From NCBI GenBank assembly GCA_963812015.1, contig CAWETI010000003.1:1408001-1472000 (forward strand): a stretch of 64,000 nucleotides of DNA, written 5' to 3'. This document shows, in pieces, positions 49,223-57,567 of this stretch. The stretch's first letter is position 1, and each line of letters starts with the position of its first letter. Source of the DNA: an uncultured delta proteobacterium (GTDB lineage: Bacteria > Desulfobacterota > Desulfobaccia > Desulfobaccales > 0-14-0-80-60-11). A program made the translations under genes and the position numbers. A model generated the notes under the pieces. It saw only the letters and a list, made by a program, of their open reading frames with translations. It searched no databases and was not told where the DNA came from.

Positions 49223-50458
49223 TTAGGCGCAGACCTCAATCAGCTTCGGCTCAAGGCCCATCTGGGCCAGGCGCTCCAGGGTGACGGCGACGTATTCGGG
49301 GGCGATTTCCATCCCGTAACAAACCCGCCTGAGTTGCTCTGCGGCAACCATTGCCGTGCCAGATCCAAGGAAGGGATCATAAATTATCTCACCCTCCTGG
49401 GAACTGTTTTTGATAGCCCTGGCGATTAACTCCACCGGCTTCATGGTGGGATGAAATTCGGATTTTAGAGGCTTATCCACCTCCCACAATGAATTCTCGC
49501 CGGCGCCTCCATAGAACCTATGCCCCGCCCCCTCCACCCAGACGTAGATAATCGGCTCATGCTTGTAGTTGTAGTCTGAACGTCCCAGGACGTGATTATT
49601 CTTTGCCCAGATCAAGATGTGGTGCAGAGGGAAACCGGAATCTTTAAGTGCCAGGAGGAGGAAGAGGAGGAGATCCCCGCCTTGGGGTCCGGTCACATAA
49701 TAACAGGCCCCCGGCCTGGCGTGGCTGCGTGCAGCCGTGAATGCTGCCCTCCAAAAGGCTGACATTTCCTCCGGGTTTTGATGATCACATGCAATGGGAG
49801 TCTGAATACGGTTGCCTTTGTCAATCGCATTCAGGAACTTATTTTTTGCGGCGTAAGAAACTCCATAAGGGGGATCGGTCACGAGAAGGTCATACTTGTC
49901 ATTATCAAACAATTTGTCAGAGTGAAGGCAATCCTCGCAAGCTACCCGATGCCGCCCCACCCGCCATATCTGCCCTAAAGCCGTACCCCACTTTTCTTGA
50001 AGCTCCCCTGCCTTGTCAATCTCCGGGCCGGGGTCCTCTGGCACAGGCTCGCCGCCGGCGCCTTCCAGCTTTAAAATATCGGTCAACTCATCCAGATCAA
50101 ATCCTGTTAAATCCATATCAAAATTCATTTCCTGCAGCGCTTTGAGTTCGAGTCCTCAAATCTCTGGAAACCATTCAGACTCGGACACCTTGTTATCAGC
50201 AATCCGGGCAGCCCGGGCCTGTTCGGGGCTTAAGTAATCAGCCACCACCACCGGCACGGTCTTGAGGCCCAGCGTTTGGGCCGCCATTAACCGCCCATGG
50301 CCCTTAATGATCACCATATCCGCATCCACTACAATCGGCTGATCCCATTGAAACTCTGCTATCTGGTCGGCCAGCTTTTTGACCTGGCCCTCCGGGTGCG
50401 CCTTAGCATTTTGGGCGTAAGGAGAGATCTTCTCAATCGGGATCTGTTCAATTTTCAT
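49223..50458 (-). pseudogene. ParB-N domain / beta-class N6-N4 DNA methyltransferase fusion interrupted by one in-frame TGA (50156-50158)
   Basis: PYAQNAKAH..PIVVD..GHGRLMAA..RIADNK (ParB), then EWFPEI*GLELKALQEMNFDMDLTGF in the same frame; DPPY, HPTMKP, DPFLGSGT. Confidence 0.85.
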
Positions 50459-50554
50459 ACAATTTTCCTTTCCCTAAAATTTGCTTGTCGTTAATAACGT
50501 TAATGTGAGCTAACGACATTCGGCGACACCCGAAAAAAATGTCTTGCTTGGAAA

Positions 50555-50602
50555 AGCAGAGCGCCTCCGTACCCTTGTTAAATTTTGCCCCAGGAAGGAC
50601 CC
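50555..50602 (-). other. Putative cos packaging site (cosQ/cosN-like)
   Basis: Minus strand GGGTCCT-TCC..AGGGTACG-GAGGCG resembles lambda GGGTCCT-TTCC..AGGTTACG-GGGCGG; upstream of the terS/terL module. Confidence 0.6.
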
Positions 50603-50656
50603 GCTGAGGCCGCCAACCTTGACCGGCTCCATTTCCACGCCCCACACGCTCTCGCT

Positions 50657-51679
50657 TCATGTTGCACCTCCATACTCAGCAAGGCCGGCCTGTACCCACG
50701 CCCTGAGTTTCATGCCGCCTTTAAACATTTCGCCGGGGTCCTTACCGCCAATGGGGGGCCAGCGCCGCGCCTGAGGATAGTGGTCTATCCACCAGTGCCA
50801 GGCCTCCCATGCGCCGGCCCGGTCAGCATCCAAACTAACCAGGATCAACCGGCTGTGCTGCAAGAGATTCGCCGCTTCCCGGTCCGGCCTGGCCTGGGCA
50901 TTTCCCAGGGCCGCCAGGTTCGCCAGGTCGCCGGCCTCTTGCTGCAAGAGTAGGGCGTCAAGCTCCGATTCCACCAGAACGGTCACGGGCTCCCGCTCGC
51001 CTATCAGCATCGCTTTGGTGCTTGCCCCCCGCACGATGTAGTAACGGGGCTCGCCTTCAGGCCGCCGGATTCGCACCCGTTGCACTTGGCCGCCTTGAAA
51101 GAGGGGAATCGTTAACCCTTTCGGAAGCCACAACTTCTTAGGCCTGCCGTTGTCCTTCAGGACCTCCGCCAAGCCCCAGGCCGGCGCTGCCTCCCACCGA
51201 TCATCCGGGATATAGCCCAGGTAAAACTTTTTGATGGTATCGGGGTTAAGCCCTTTCTCCTTACTTAGGAATTCCACCACTACCTTGCCCGATGCTGCCC
51301 AAAGATGGTAAATGGCGTCCTCCACCAGCCGGCGGGCTTGCCGTTGCCATAGATCATCGGGAGAGCAGCAGGTCCGGGGCTCCCAGGTGGGTTTGCTCAC
51401 TGGCTTATCGCCCGCCAAGGGCGACCGGGGCTCCCGGCCCAGGCATTCGCAGGCTACCCGGTAGCTCATGCGCCGATAATCCTTGAGGTATTGAATTGCA
51501 TCGCCAGCGCGCCCGCACTGCCGACACCAGTATTTGCCCACATCGCCTTGATTGGGCCAGCAGCGGAACCGATCCCGGCCCCCACACCAGGGACACGGCC
51601 CGCAATACTCGCCGCCGTGTGTACACCCGACACGTTTAGTAAGAAATCCATCTGCTTGAATTAACTCAATAATTGTCAT
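50657..51679 (-). CDS. Primase: zinc-ribbon plus TOPRIM domain
   Basis: GPCPWCGGRDRF..WCRQC; VESELDA, LDADRAG, KDPGE. Confidence 0.88.
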   Translation of the reverse strand: MTIIELIQADGFLTKRVGCTHGGEYCGPCPWCGGRDRFRCWPNQGDVGKYWCRQCGRAGDAIQYLKDYRRMSYRVACECLGREPRSPLAGDKPVSKPTWEPRTCCSPDDLWQRQARRLVEDAIYHLWAASGKVVVEFLSKEKGLNPDTIKKFYLGYIPDDRWEAAPAWGLAEVLKDNGRPKKLWLPKGLTIPLFQGGQVQRVRIRRPEGEPRYYIVRGASTKAMLIGEREPVTVLVESELDALLLQQEAGDLANLAALGNAQARPDREAANLLQHSRLILVSLDADRAGAWEAWHWWIDHYPQARRWPPIGGKDPGEMFKGGMKLRAWVQAGLAEYGGAT

Positions 51680-51695
51680 AGCTAACCATTTTTAG

Positions 51696-51786
51696 TGTAC
51701 CGATGTAGCGCTTTACCCATTATTCTCCCTAGGAAACCTGTGTTTTTGGTTTTAGACTTTTATGGGGGTTTGGGTACATCGGTACA
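51696..51786. other. Putative replication origin (12-bp inverted repeats flanking a T-rich spacer)
   Basis: TGTACCGATGTA (51696-51707) and TACATCGGTACA (51775-51786). Confidence 0.5.
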
Positions 51787-53328
51787 TTATTGTCCGTTAT
51801 TTGTTAATCCTAATCCTTTATAATATTTACCAATTTTGTCTCTATCCTTGTAAAAGCGCTGATGTATCGTTTGGGCAAATTTCTTTTCCCCAACGGGCTT
51901 GAACCCATCCTCTTTACAAAAATCAATATATGCTTCACGTAATTCCCCAGCGCGAGCAATCTTCCCTTCACCAATTACGCAGCACTCCTCTAAAAATTGT
52001 TCAATCGAATCTTCCGACCGGCGGTATTCTTTGGTGGAGCTTAAGACAGAAGAGGGGGGGGCCAGTCCTTTTTCAAGCCATTCGTAATAGCCAGCCACCA
52101 ACCAGGCCATTATTCCCATCGCCTCCTCTTTTAATTCGGCAGCGAGGTGAGGATTTCTGAGCCGCTGGTTATCTCCTTTGGGATCATCTACGAAGCTAAT
52201 GGGAAATTCGACCAGATGCAGGCGATCCCATAGCGCCGCATCCGCAGGATTAACCACTGGTCTGAAATTGGTAATCAGCAGCAGGGTATGTGAGGGGGCA
52301 AAAGTAATTTCTCGCCGGTCATAGGGTCCGCGGCCCACCAGGGTATCACCGCCACAAAGCCATTTCACCTTACCCGCATTGAGCTTACGTCCCTCATCCG
52401 TCTCCGAAGCCCAGACCAGGCGCTTACCTCTGAAAGCCATGATTTCGGGTGAAGGGGCTCCGGGTGATCTTGGATATTTTTGCGCTAAGAGAATTTCTGC
52501 TTGAATTGGGCCAGCCAAAGGCCCCATGCAAAACCCCAAAGTTTCAAGCGCGGTACCCTTGCCCGACCGTCCGCCTGGCCCCCACCAAATAGCGAGCTTG
52601 TGGTCAATTACCCGCCCCGGAAGTGCAGACCCTAAAAGCCTTTTGTTATAGCCAATCTTTTCACTATCGCCAGCCATAATATCTTTCCAAAATTGCTCCC
52701 ATTTATGGCATGGAGCCCCAAAACCCTTCCATGCCACCGGGGCGACGTTTTTGATAAAATCCTCTGGCTTACCAGGGCGAAAATTGCCTGTTGGAAGATC
52801 GAGTATGCCATTTGTAAAGGGCAATAAGTCAGGATTGGAATCCCACTCATTCCCCCGGATCCCTAAGCTATCCGCTCCCGCTGCCGCCTGGATCAAGACA
52901 TCTTGCAGATAGCGCCGTCGGTGCAAACTGGACACTTGCTTTTCGACCAGGTGTTCAACCCATTCCGCCTTTTTAACTTCTTTATTGTCTCCAAATTTAA
53001 GAGCATTCATTTTGCGCTGATACCAGCGCTGCCCCAGCTCGATAAGCGGTTCCGTCAGATCACTAGCCATAGCGAGCTGCTCATCCCGGTCACAGGTGAG
53101 CCAATAATGTGAGCCATCGGGGAATTGGTACCAGAGTTCACTGGCATGGTCTTTTACAAGCCGGCCGCGCTGGATATGTCTGAAAAGCTTTGCGGCCCCA
53201 TTCTCGCCGGCTGCGCACCATTCGAGAAGCAGGTCATCACCCAAGGTCATAAAGCCAGCCTGCTCGGCCGCAACCTTGGCCCGGCCCTGGACCTGGTATT
53301 CTGATACCTGCTCAGTTTCGAAGGTCAT
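51787..53328 (-). CDS. P4-family / D5-like SF3 helicase
   Basis: D5_N-like WDSNPDLLPFTNGILDL; Walker A GPGGRSGKGT; LVWASE; LITN; WDRL; C-terminal winged helix. Confidence 0.92.
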   Translation of the reverse strand: MTFETEQVSEYQVQGRAKVAAEQAGFMTLGDDLLLEWCAAGENGAAKLFRHIQRGRLVKDHASELWYQFPDGSHYWLTCDRDEQLAMASDLTEPLIELGQRWYQRKMNALKFGDNKEVKKAEWVEHLVEKQVSSLHRRRYLQDVLIQAAAGADSLGIRGNEWDSNPDLLPFTNGILDLPTGNFRPGKPEDFIKNVAPVAWKGFGAPCHKWEQFWKDIMAGDSEKIGYNKRLLGSALPGRVIDHKLAIWWGPGGRSGKGTALETLGFCMGPLAGPIQAEILLAQKYPRSPGAPSPEIMAFRGKRLVWASETDEGRKLNAGKVKWLCGGDTLVGRGPYDRREITFAPSHTLLLITNFRPVVNPADAALWDRLHLVEFPISFVDDPKGDNQRLRNPHLAAELKEEAMGIMAWLVAGYYEWLEKGLAPPSSVLSSTKEYRRSEDSIEQFLEECCVIGEGKIARAGELREAYIDFCKEDGFKPVGEKKFAQTIHQRFYKDRDKIGKYYKGLGLTNNGQ

Positions 53329-53442
53329 AGCAAAGCCTATAAAGGATCAACCTTAATTTTGCCGGCTTCCGTAAAGGTTGAGCTGTTCAACCTCTGTGTC
53401 GGGATCGTAAATTTTCTTTGTCAGGGCGATACTCCTGAAGAT

Positions 53443-53471
53443 AAAAAAACTGCCCCGTTCCTGTGGGGCAG
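53443..53471 (-). terminator. Intrinsic terminator upstream of the helicase gene
   Basis: CTGCCCC-acaggaac-GGGGCAG-T7 on the minus strand. Confidence 0.7.
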
Positions 53472-53557
53472 CTTAGTGAAGCAAATGAGCTCAAGCAATT
53501 GAGCAATGTGACCTTTGCGAAAGCAACATAATGGAGCTTAAGCAAAGGTCATATTGC

Positions 53558-54352
53558 TTAACCAAACGGGGGTAATTTCTCCTCTTTTAATCTCCGCTTG
53601 ATCGTGTCGAGCGAGGTAAAGTGTTTCTTCCCCGGCGCACACACATACTTCTTATCTAATATCTCCTGAATCTGAACTGCCGCTCCATGTTTAGACTTAC
53701 CATTAATCGAAATTAATCTATAAGTTTCTAAGATTCTTCGTTTATTTTCGCCAGTCCCCATCCCCCGCCTTATAGCTTTACACCTCTTTTGCTCATAATC
53801 AAAGTAATTGCCTTCTGCGCATAGGTGTATCATTATTTGACCGCCGATTGCGAATAACTTAAGAGTTGCGATCTCAATTTTAGTTAAAAACGTAATAGAA
53901 ATGGATTTATCTCCTAATATTTCTGGCATAAATTGATAAATATTCCATAATGCCCAGAGATGATCTCGAATCATTACTGGATCAATTGTCGTAGGGTCAT
54001 AATTTGGAGATAGCATTTCCTGATATGATGCGATTAGAAAATCTTCATCATAAAGCAATCGGGCTTTTTGCTCAAGAAGTTGGATTTCTTCGTCAGTGTA
54101 ATCTGCTTCATTTATAGCAATATTCCTCGCGTCATTTGATGAATTGATTTTTGCAAACTTATTTAATTCCATTTCAAAGTTACTATTTTCTTTATACCAA
54201 AATCCTTCCAGAATGCTGGAATAAGCGGTGATAAATTCATCAATTAAGATTAATTTTACTTTCCAAAGTTGACCTAATACGATTTTTCCATCCTCTTCTG
54301 TTTTCTCCGACTGCTGAGAGAAAAAGTGTCTTAATTTTTCATAGTCAAACAT
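53558..54352 (-). CDS. AT-rich hypothetical protein, possible C-terminal HTH
   Basis: 264-aa ORF; GGAG RBS; SKHGAAVQIQEIL..SLDTIKRRL tail. Confidence 0.65.
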   Translation of the reverse strand: MFDYEKLRHFFSQQSEKTEEDGKIVLGQLWKVKLILIDEFITAYSSILEGFWYKENSNFEMELNKFAKINSSNDARNIAINEADYTDEEIQLLEQKARLLYDEDFLIASYQEMLSPNYDPTTIDPVMIRDHLWALWNIYQFMPEILGDKSISITFLTKIEIATLKLFAIGGQIMIHLCAEGNYFDYEQKRCKAIRRGMGTGENKRRILETYRLISINGKSKHGAAVQIQEILDKKYVCAPGKKHFTSLDTIKRRLKEEKLPPFG

Positions 54353-54544
54353 GACCGCTCCCGTAACGCCCGCTGATGGTTTTGCATGCTGGCAAGTGTC
54401 TGGTGCAGATTGTGAATCCTGATGCGTTCCGCAGCCTGGCTTTTGCCAGGGTCTTATAAAACACCCGCGCCCTGAAGTTCCTGCATTATTTTAATTTACC
54501 ATGAATACCAACTACAATCGACAAAACTGCTCGGCCATCTTGGC

Positions 54545-56620
54545 TCATGAATATTTGAATCCTTCACCCTCAAGACGTTTATTAATTTTCAGGAGCTTGG
54601 CACTCTGGTACTCAGTTGGAATCCTCTTTGGCAAATTGGCAGCTATATCCATCAGGCGATCCTCTTCCGGTGAAATGAGCCTTTGACCAAGCCCCCAGGA
54701 TCTCAATTGCAACCAGTAATCAGCTCCAAGATTCACTACCTGAGCCTGCGCCTCTATGCCTGAATCAATGACTTGCAGCGTTCTTCCAGCACGTCGGACC
54801 ATTCGGTCCTCCTCTTCATCAACCAGCTCTGAATAGAAATCGGGCAGAATGGCAACATTCAAGGCTTCAGCCCTTTGCCAGCATAGTTCCTTCTTACACC
54901 ATTCGGTCACATTTTGAATACCTGCAGGGGAATTTACAATAATCTCAAATACGGATCGGGCCAGCAGAACGATCTGTTCTTCAACAGGCTGGCTTATTGA
55001 CTGGCGTTGCCAGATGGATCGAAAGTCCAAAACCTTTCCTCTGGCTTTCGTTTCTATCAAAGAGACAAGCTTGGCTATTGTAAATGCTACGATTTGTGCA
55101 CGATAGCCCCCCAAGTACCAAGGCTGGGAGGAGACCAGCTTTTCTGTGCGCCTGAAAAGGATCGCTCGCCCAACAGCTCGCTTGAAGTAATCTTCGTTGA
55201 TAGCTTCGTTACTCTTCTCCCATTCCAAAGAAATATAGCTCGCAAAGGCCATGAAGTTTTTCTGGGCACCGCGGCTGACCATGTGAGGCAGTTTGCGCCA
55301 CGCATTTTCATATTTTGCAAGGTCTGTTTTTGTGAAAACCTGCTCGCGTGGGTTCATGGCTTGAAAGCGCTTTATTTCTGCAGGCGACATTGCTGCGTAG
55401 CTGTTCTGGTATTGGCCGCGAGTGCGTTCATAAAACCAGTGAGTTTCGTGCTGCAGACCGCTCCTGGCAGGTGCCCCTATTCGACGTGAGAACTGCTCTA
55501 TCCTGCGATGAAACTCGTGATTGGAAAAGAAGTCAGCGTCACTGACTCGGTTCTGGCTGTTCGCATAGCGTGAAATCAGAGGGATTATCTGACCGGATAC
55601 TTCTGGACTGATTATCGAAAGCTTCATCGGAACGAGAGTGCAGTCGAGCTGGGCTCTGTCTCTGCGCCTTGCTGCAGCCAGGGAGGCCGTGGTCTGTCCA
55701 CCATTTACGATTTGGAAATCGGTAGCCTGGAGCACATGTAATCCACCCGGCCCATCCTCTATGACAGCATCTGAGCAGGTAGCAGCAATGCCATTGTTAT
55801 ACGCAAAAAACATGTGAGGTTCGTTAAGGATAGTGGTCCTTATTCCTTTGTTGATCCGACCTCTCGTGCTGAGAAAGGACCTGACGTTGCCCTCAAGCAG
55901 ACGGCTCCCAAAAGTGTCATAAATGGATGCCAGAATATTTCCAGGTATGGCGCTCAGGTATGCTCGATATTGTTCAGTATTTATGCTGGCAGCTAGGCAG
56001 GGCAGTCCTCCCGCCAGGAACTCCTCAAAATTTATTATCAGCTCATCCCGTCCGGCTTTGGAGATGAACACACGGTAGAACCGTGATATATCCCAGATGT
56101 GAAACTCGGTCGGAATATGCTTTATATCTGCCTCAGGCCAGTCTCTTATGCGTGAGCTCAGCTGTGCATCCGTTAAAAGATAGAACCTCAGCCGGGTAAC
56201 GCTTGACAGTTGATCATGAATATTCATGGCCAATCCATGTCCCGGCGTGCTCTCTTCGATAACATGGACCAGCCGTCCATCTGCTGCATCCTCGAAGAAA
56301 GCCTGAAGCCTTCCGAAAAGTGACTTGGCCTGAGTCTGGGTAAGAGTCGGAATCCCTCCGTTTTCGCCAACAATGGGCTCGGCAACAAATAGGCGGATAG
56401 ATCCGTCGGCCTCATCAAAAGCATATCCATCAACAGCTATGGCCCGGTTCCTGGACCCGGTCCCCCTGTAGTAACAGGGTTGAAAATCAAAAACTTCTTC
56501 GGAATCTTCAAGCAGATGTGCACTGTACTCGACGAATGCGGAGTGGTGAAAGTTCATATCAGCTGAAGCCCATACGGCCACATGCCCCAAAAAGTCCTTC
56601 CTGTATTCTTCAAGATCCAT
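54545..56620 (-). CDS. AIPR family protein (MzaE-like)
   Basis: LLEGNVRSFL, FFAYNNGI, QIVNGGQTT, NSQN, WFYERTRGQY. Confidence 0.93.
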   Translation of the reverse strand: MDLEEYRKDFLGHVAVWASADMNFHHSAFVEYSAHLLEDSEEVFDFQPCYYRGTGSRNRAIAVDGYAFDEADGSIRLFVAEPIVGENGGIPTLTQTQAKSLFGRLQAFFEDAADGRLVHVIEESTPGHGLAMNIHDQLSSVTRLRFYLLTDAQLSSRIRDWPEADIKHIPTEFHIWDISRFYRVFISKAGRDELIINFEEFLAGGLPCLAASINTEQYRAYLSAIPGNILASIYDTFGSRLLEGNVRSFLSTRGRINKGIRTTILNEPHMFFAYNNGIAATCSDAVIEDGPGGLHVLQATDFQIVNGGQTTASLAAARRRDRAQLDCTLVPMKLSIISPEVSGQIIPLISRYANSQNRVSDADFFSNHEFHRRIEQFSRRIGAPARSGLQHETHWFYERTRGQYQNSYAAMSPAEIKRFQAMNPREQVFTKTDLAKYENAWRKLPHMVSRGAQKNFMAFASYISLEWEKSNEAINEDYFKRAVGRAILFRRTEKLVSSQPWYLGGYRAQIVAFTIAKLVSLIETKARGKVLDFRSIWQRQSISQPVEEQIVLLARSVFEIIVNSPAGIQNVTEWCKKELCWQRAEALNVAILPDFYSELVDEEEDRMVRRAGRTLQVIDSGIEAQAQVVNLGADYWLQLRSWGLGQRLISPEEDRLMDIAANLPKRIPTEYQSAKLLKINKRLEGEGFKYS

Positions 56621-57567
56621 CAGATTTCCTCCAGAGATCCAACTTTAAATTCTTGGCATACTGATAGATCAATCTCGTAGCTTATATTTACGACGCCTGA
56701 CGGGACATCGGAGCGCCTGATCCGGGGGAAACCCTCTTCAACTTTGAAGAGTTGTATCCCCTGCAATCGAAAGAATATCTGTTCGTATTCCGGGCGGTCT
56801 ACATAGCCTGCTGCAGAAAGTCTGGTTTCAAAAGCCGGTAGAATGTTTTCAGATTCAAGTATGTCTCTTAAATCTCTGACCAGTCCGGCGGGTGCGAACC
56901 GGTCTTCGGTCTCTTCTGATGCGCGTGCAAGGGTGAAAACAGAGAGAACCAGCCGGGTTTCAGCTGAATTGAGCTGCTCAACGGATGATATTCTGGCCTT
57001 GGACGAGCCGGGCCGTACAGTCTTAACCTCAACATTGAGTTCAGGGAAGACGAAGTCATGTGGGGCGTCGAATGGCCCCTCCCATCCTGTTAGGGACAGG
57101 CTTCCGCCCCACCGGGGTATTGCTGTGTCTTTCAGGAAGAGCAGCTCTCCAACCAGACCCCTGAGTTCAGCATCAGAGAGGAGATCGCTGTGTGGCTCAT
57201 CCATAAGCCTTTTCCAGCGAGCAAGTCTTGAAAGCAGGAAAGCGGGGGCAGACTGTTCGGAGGCTTGGCGGCTCGATTCCACCAGATCCTCACAGAGCAC
57301 AGCAAAATGAGAGAGAAACTCGTACTTCTTGAGCGCTATCGTTAGATACCATCTGGAATCAGATCGCTGGCTCCGGCTGACAGAGACTGCCGCATAATCA
57401 GGAGGCAGCGGCGGCTTTTCCTTGCTGATCAGGGTGATACCGGGTTCATTGGTATTCAGAACTATTGCATAAAGGTCCAGTGGATGAGTATCATCTACTC
57501 GGCGAAAGGCCGGGCGCTCAGAGACGGTCGCGAGTTCTTGCCACAGCGCTTGAAGTTGCAAGACCAT
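56620..57567 (-). CDS. PD-(D/E)XK motif protein (DUF4420, MzaD-like)
   Basis: RGLVGEL, WEGP..HDF, VEVKT, ISSVEQL, FPRI; TGATG coupling to AIPR. Confidence 0.88.
   Translation of the reverse strand: MVLQLQALWQELATVSERPAFRRVDDTHPLDLYAIVLNTNEPGITLISKEKPPLPPDYAAVSVSRSQRSDSRWYLTIALKKYEFLSHFAVLCEDLVESSRQASEQSAPAFLLSRLARWKRLMDEPHSDLLSDAELRGLVGELLFLKDTAIPRWGGSLSLTGWEGPFDAPHDFVFPELNVEVKTVRPGSSKARISSVEQLNSAETRLVLSVFTLARASEETEDRFAPAGLVRDLRDILESENILPAFETRLSAAGYVDRPEYEQIFFRLQGIQLFKVEEGFPRIRRSDVPSGVVNISYEIDLSVCQEFKVGSLEEI

Noticed and set aside
50156..50158. TGA as selenocysteine or evidence of an alternative genetic code
   Set aside because: The position suits Leu, no SECIS is seen, and TGA is a normal stop in neighbouring genes (terS, primase, AIPR)
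50448..50660. 70-aa ORF between primase and ParB/MTase
   Set aside because: Overlaps the cos-like site and has no protein motif; not called, though translational coupling cannot be excluded
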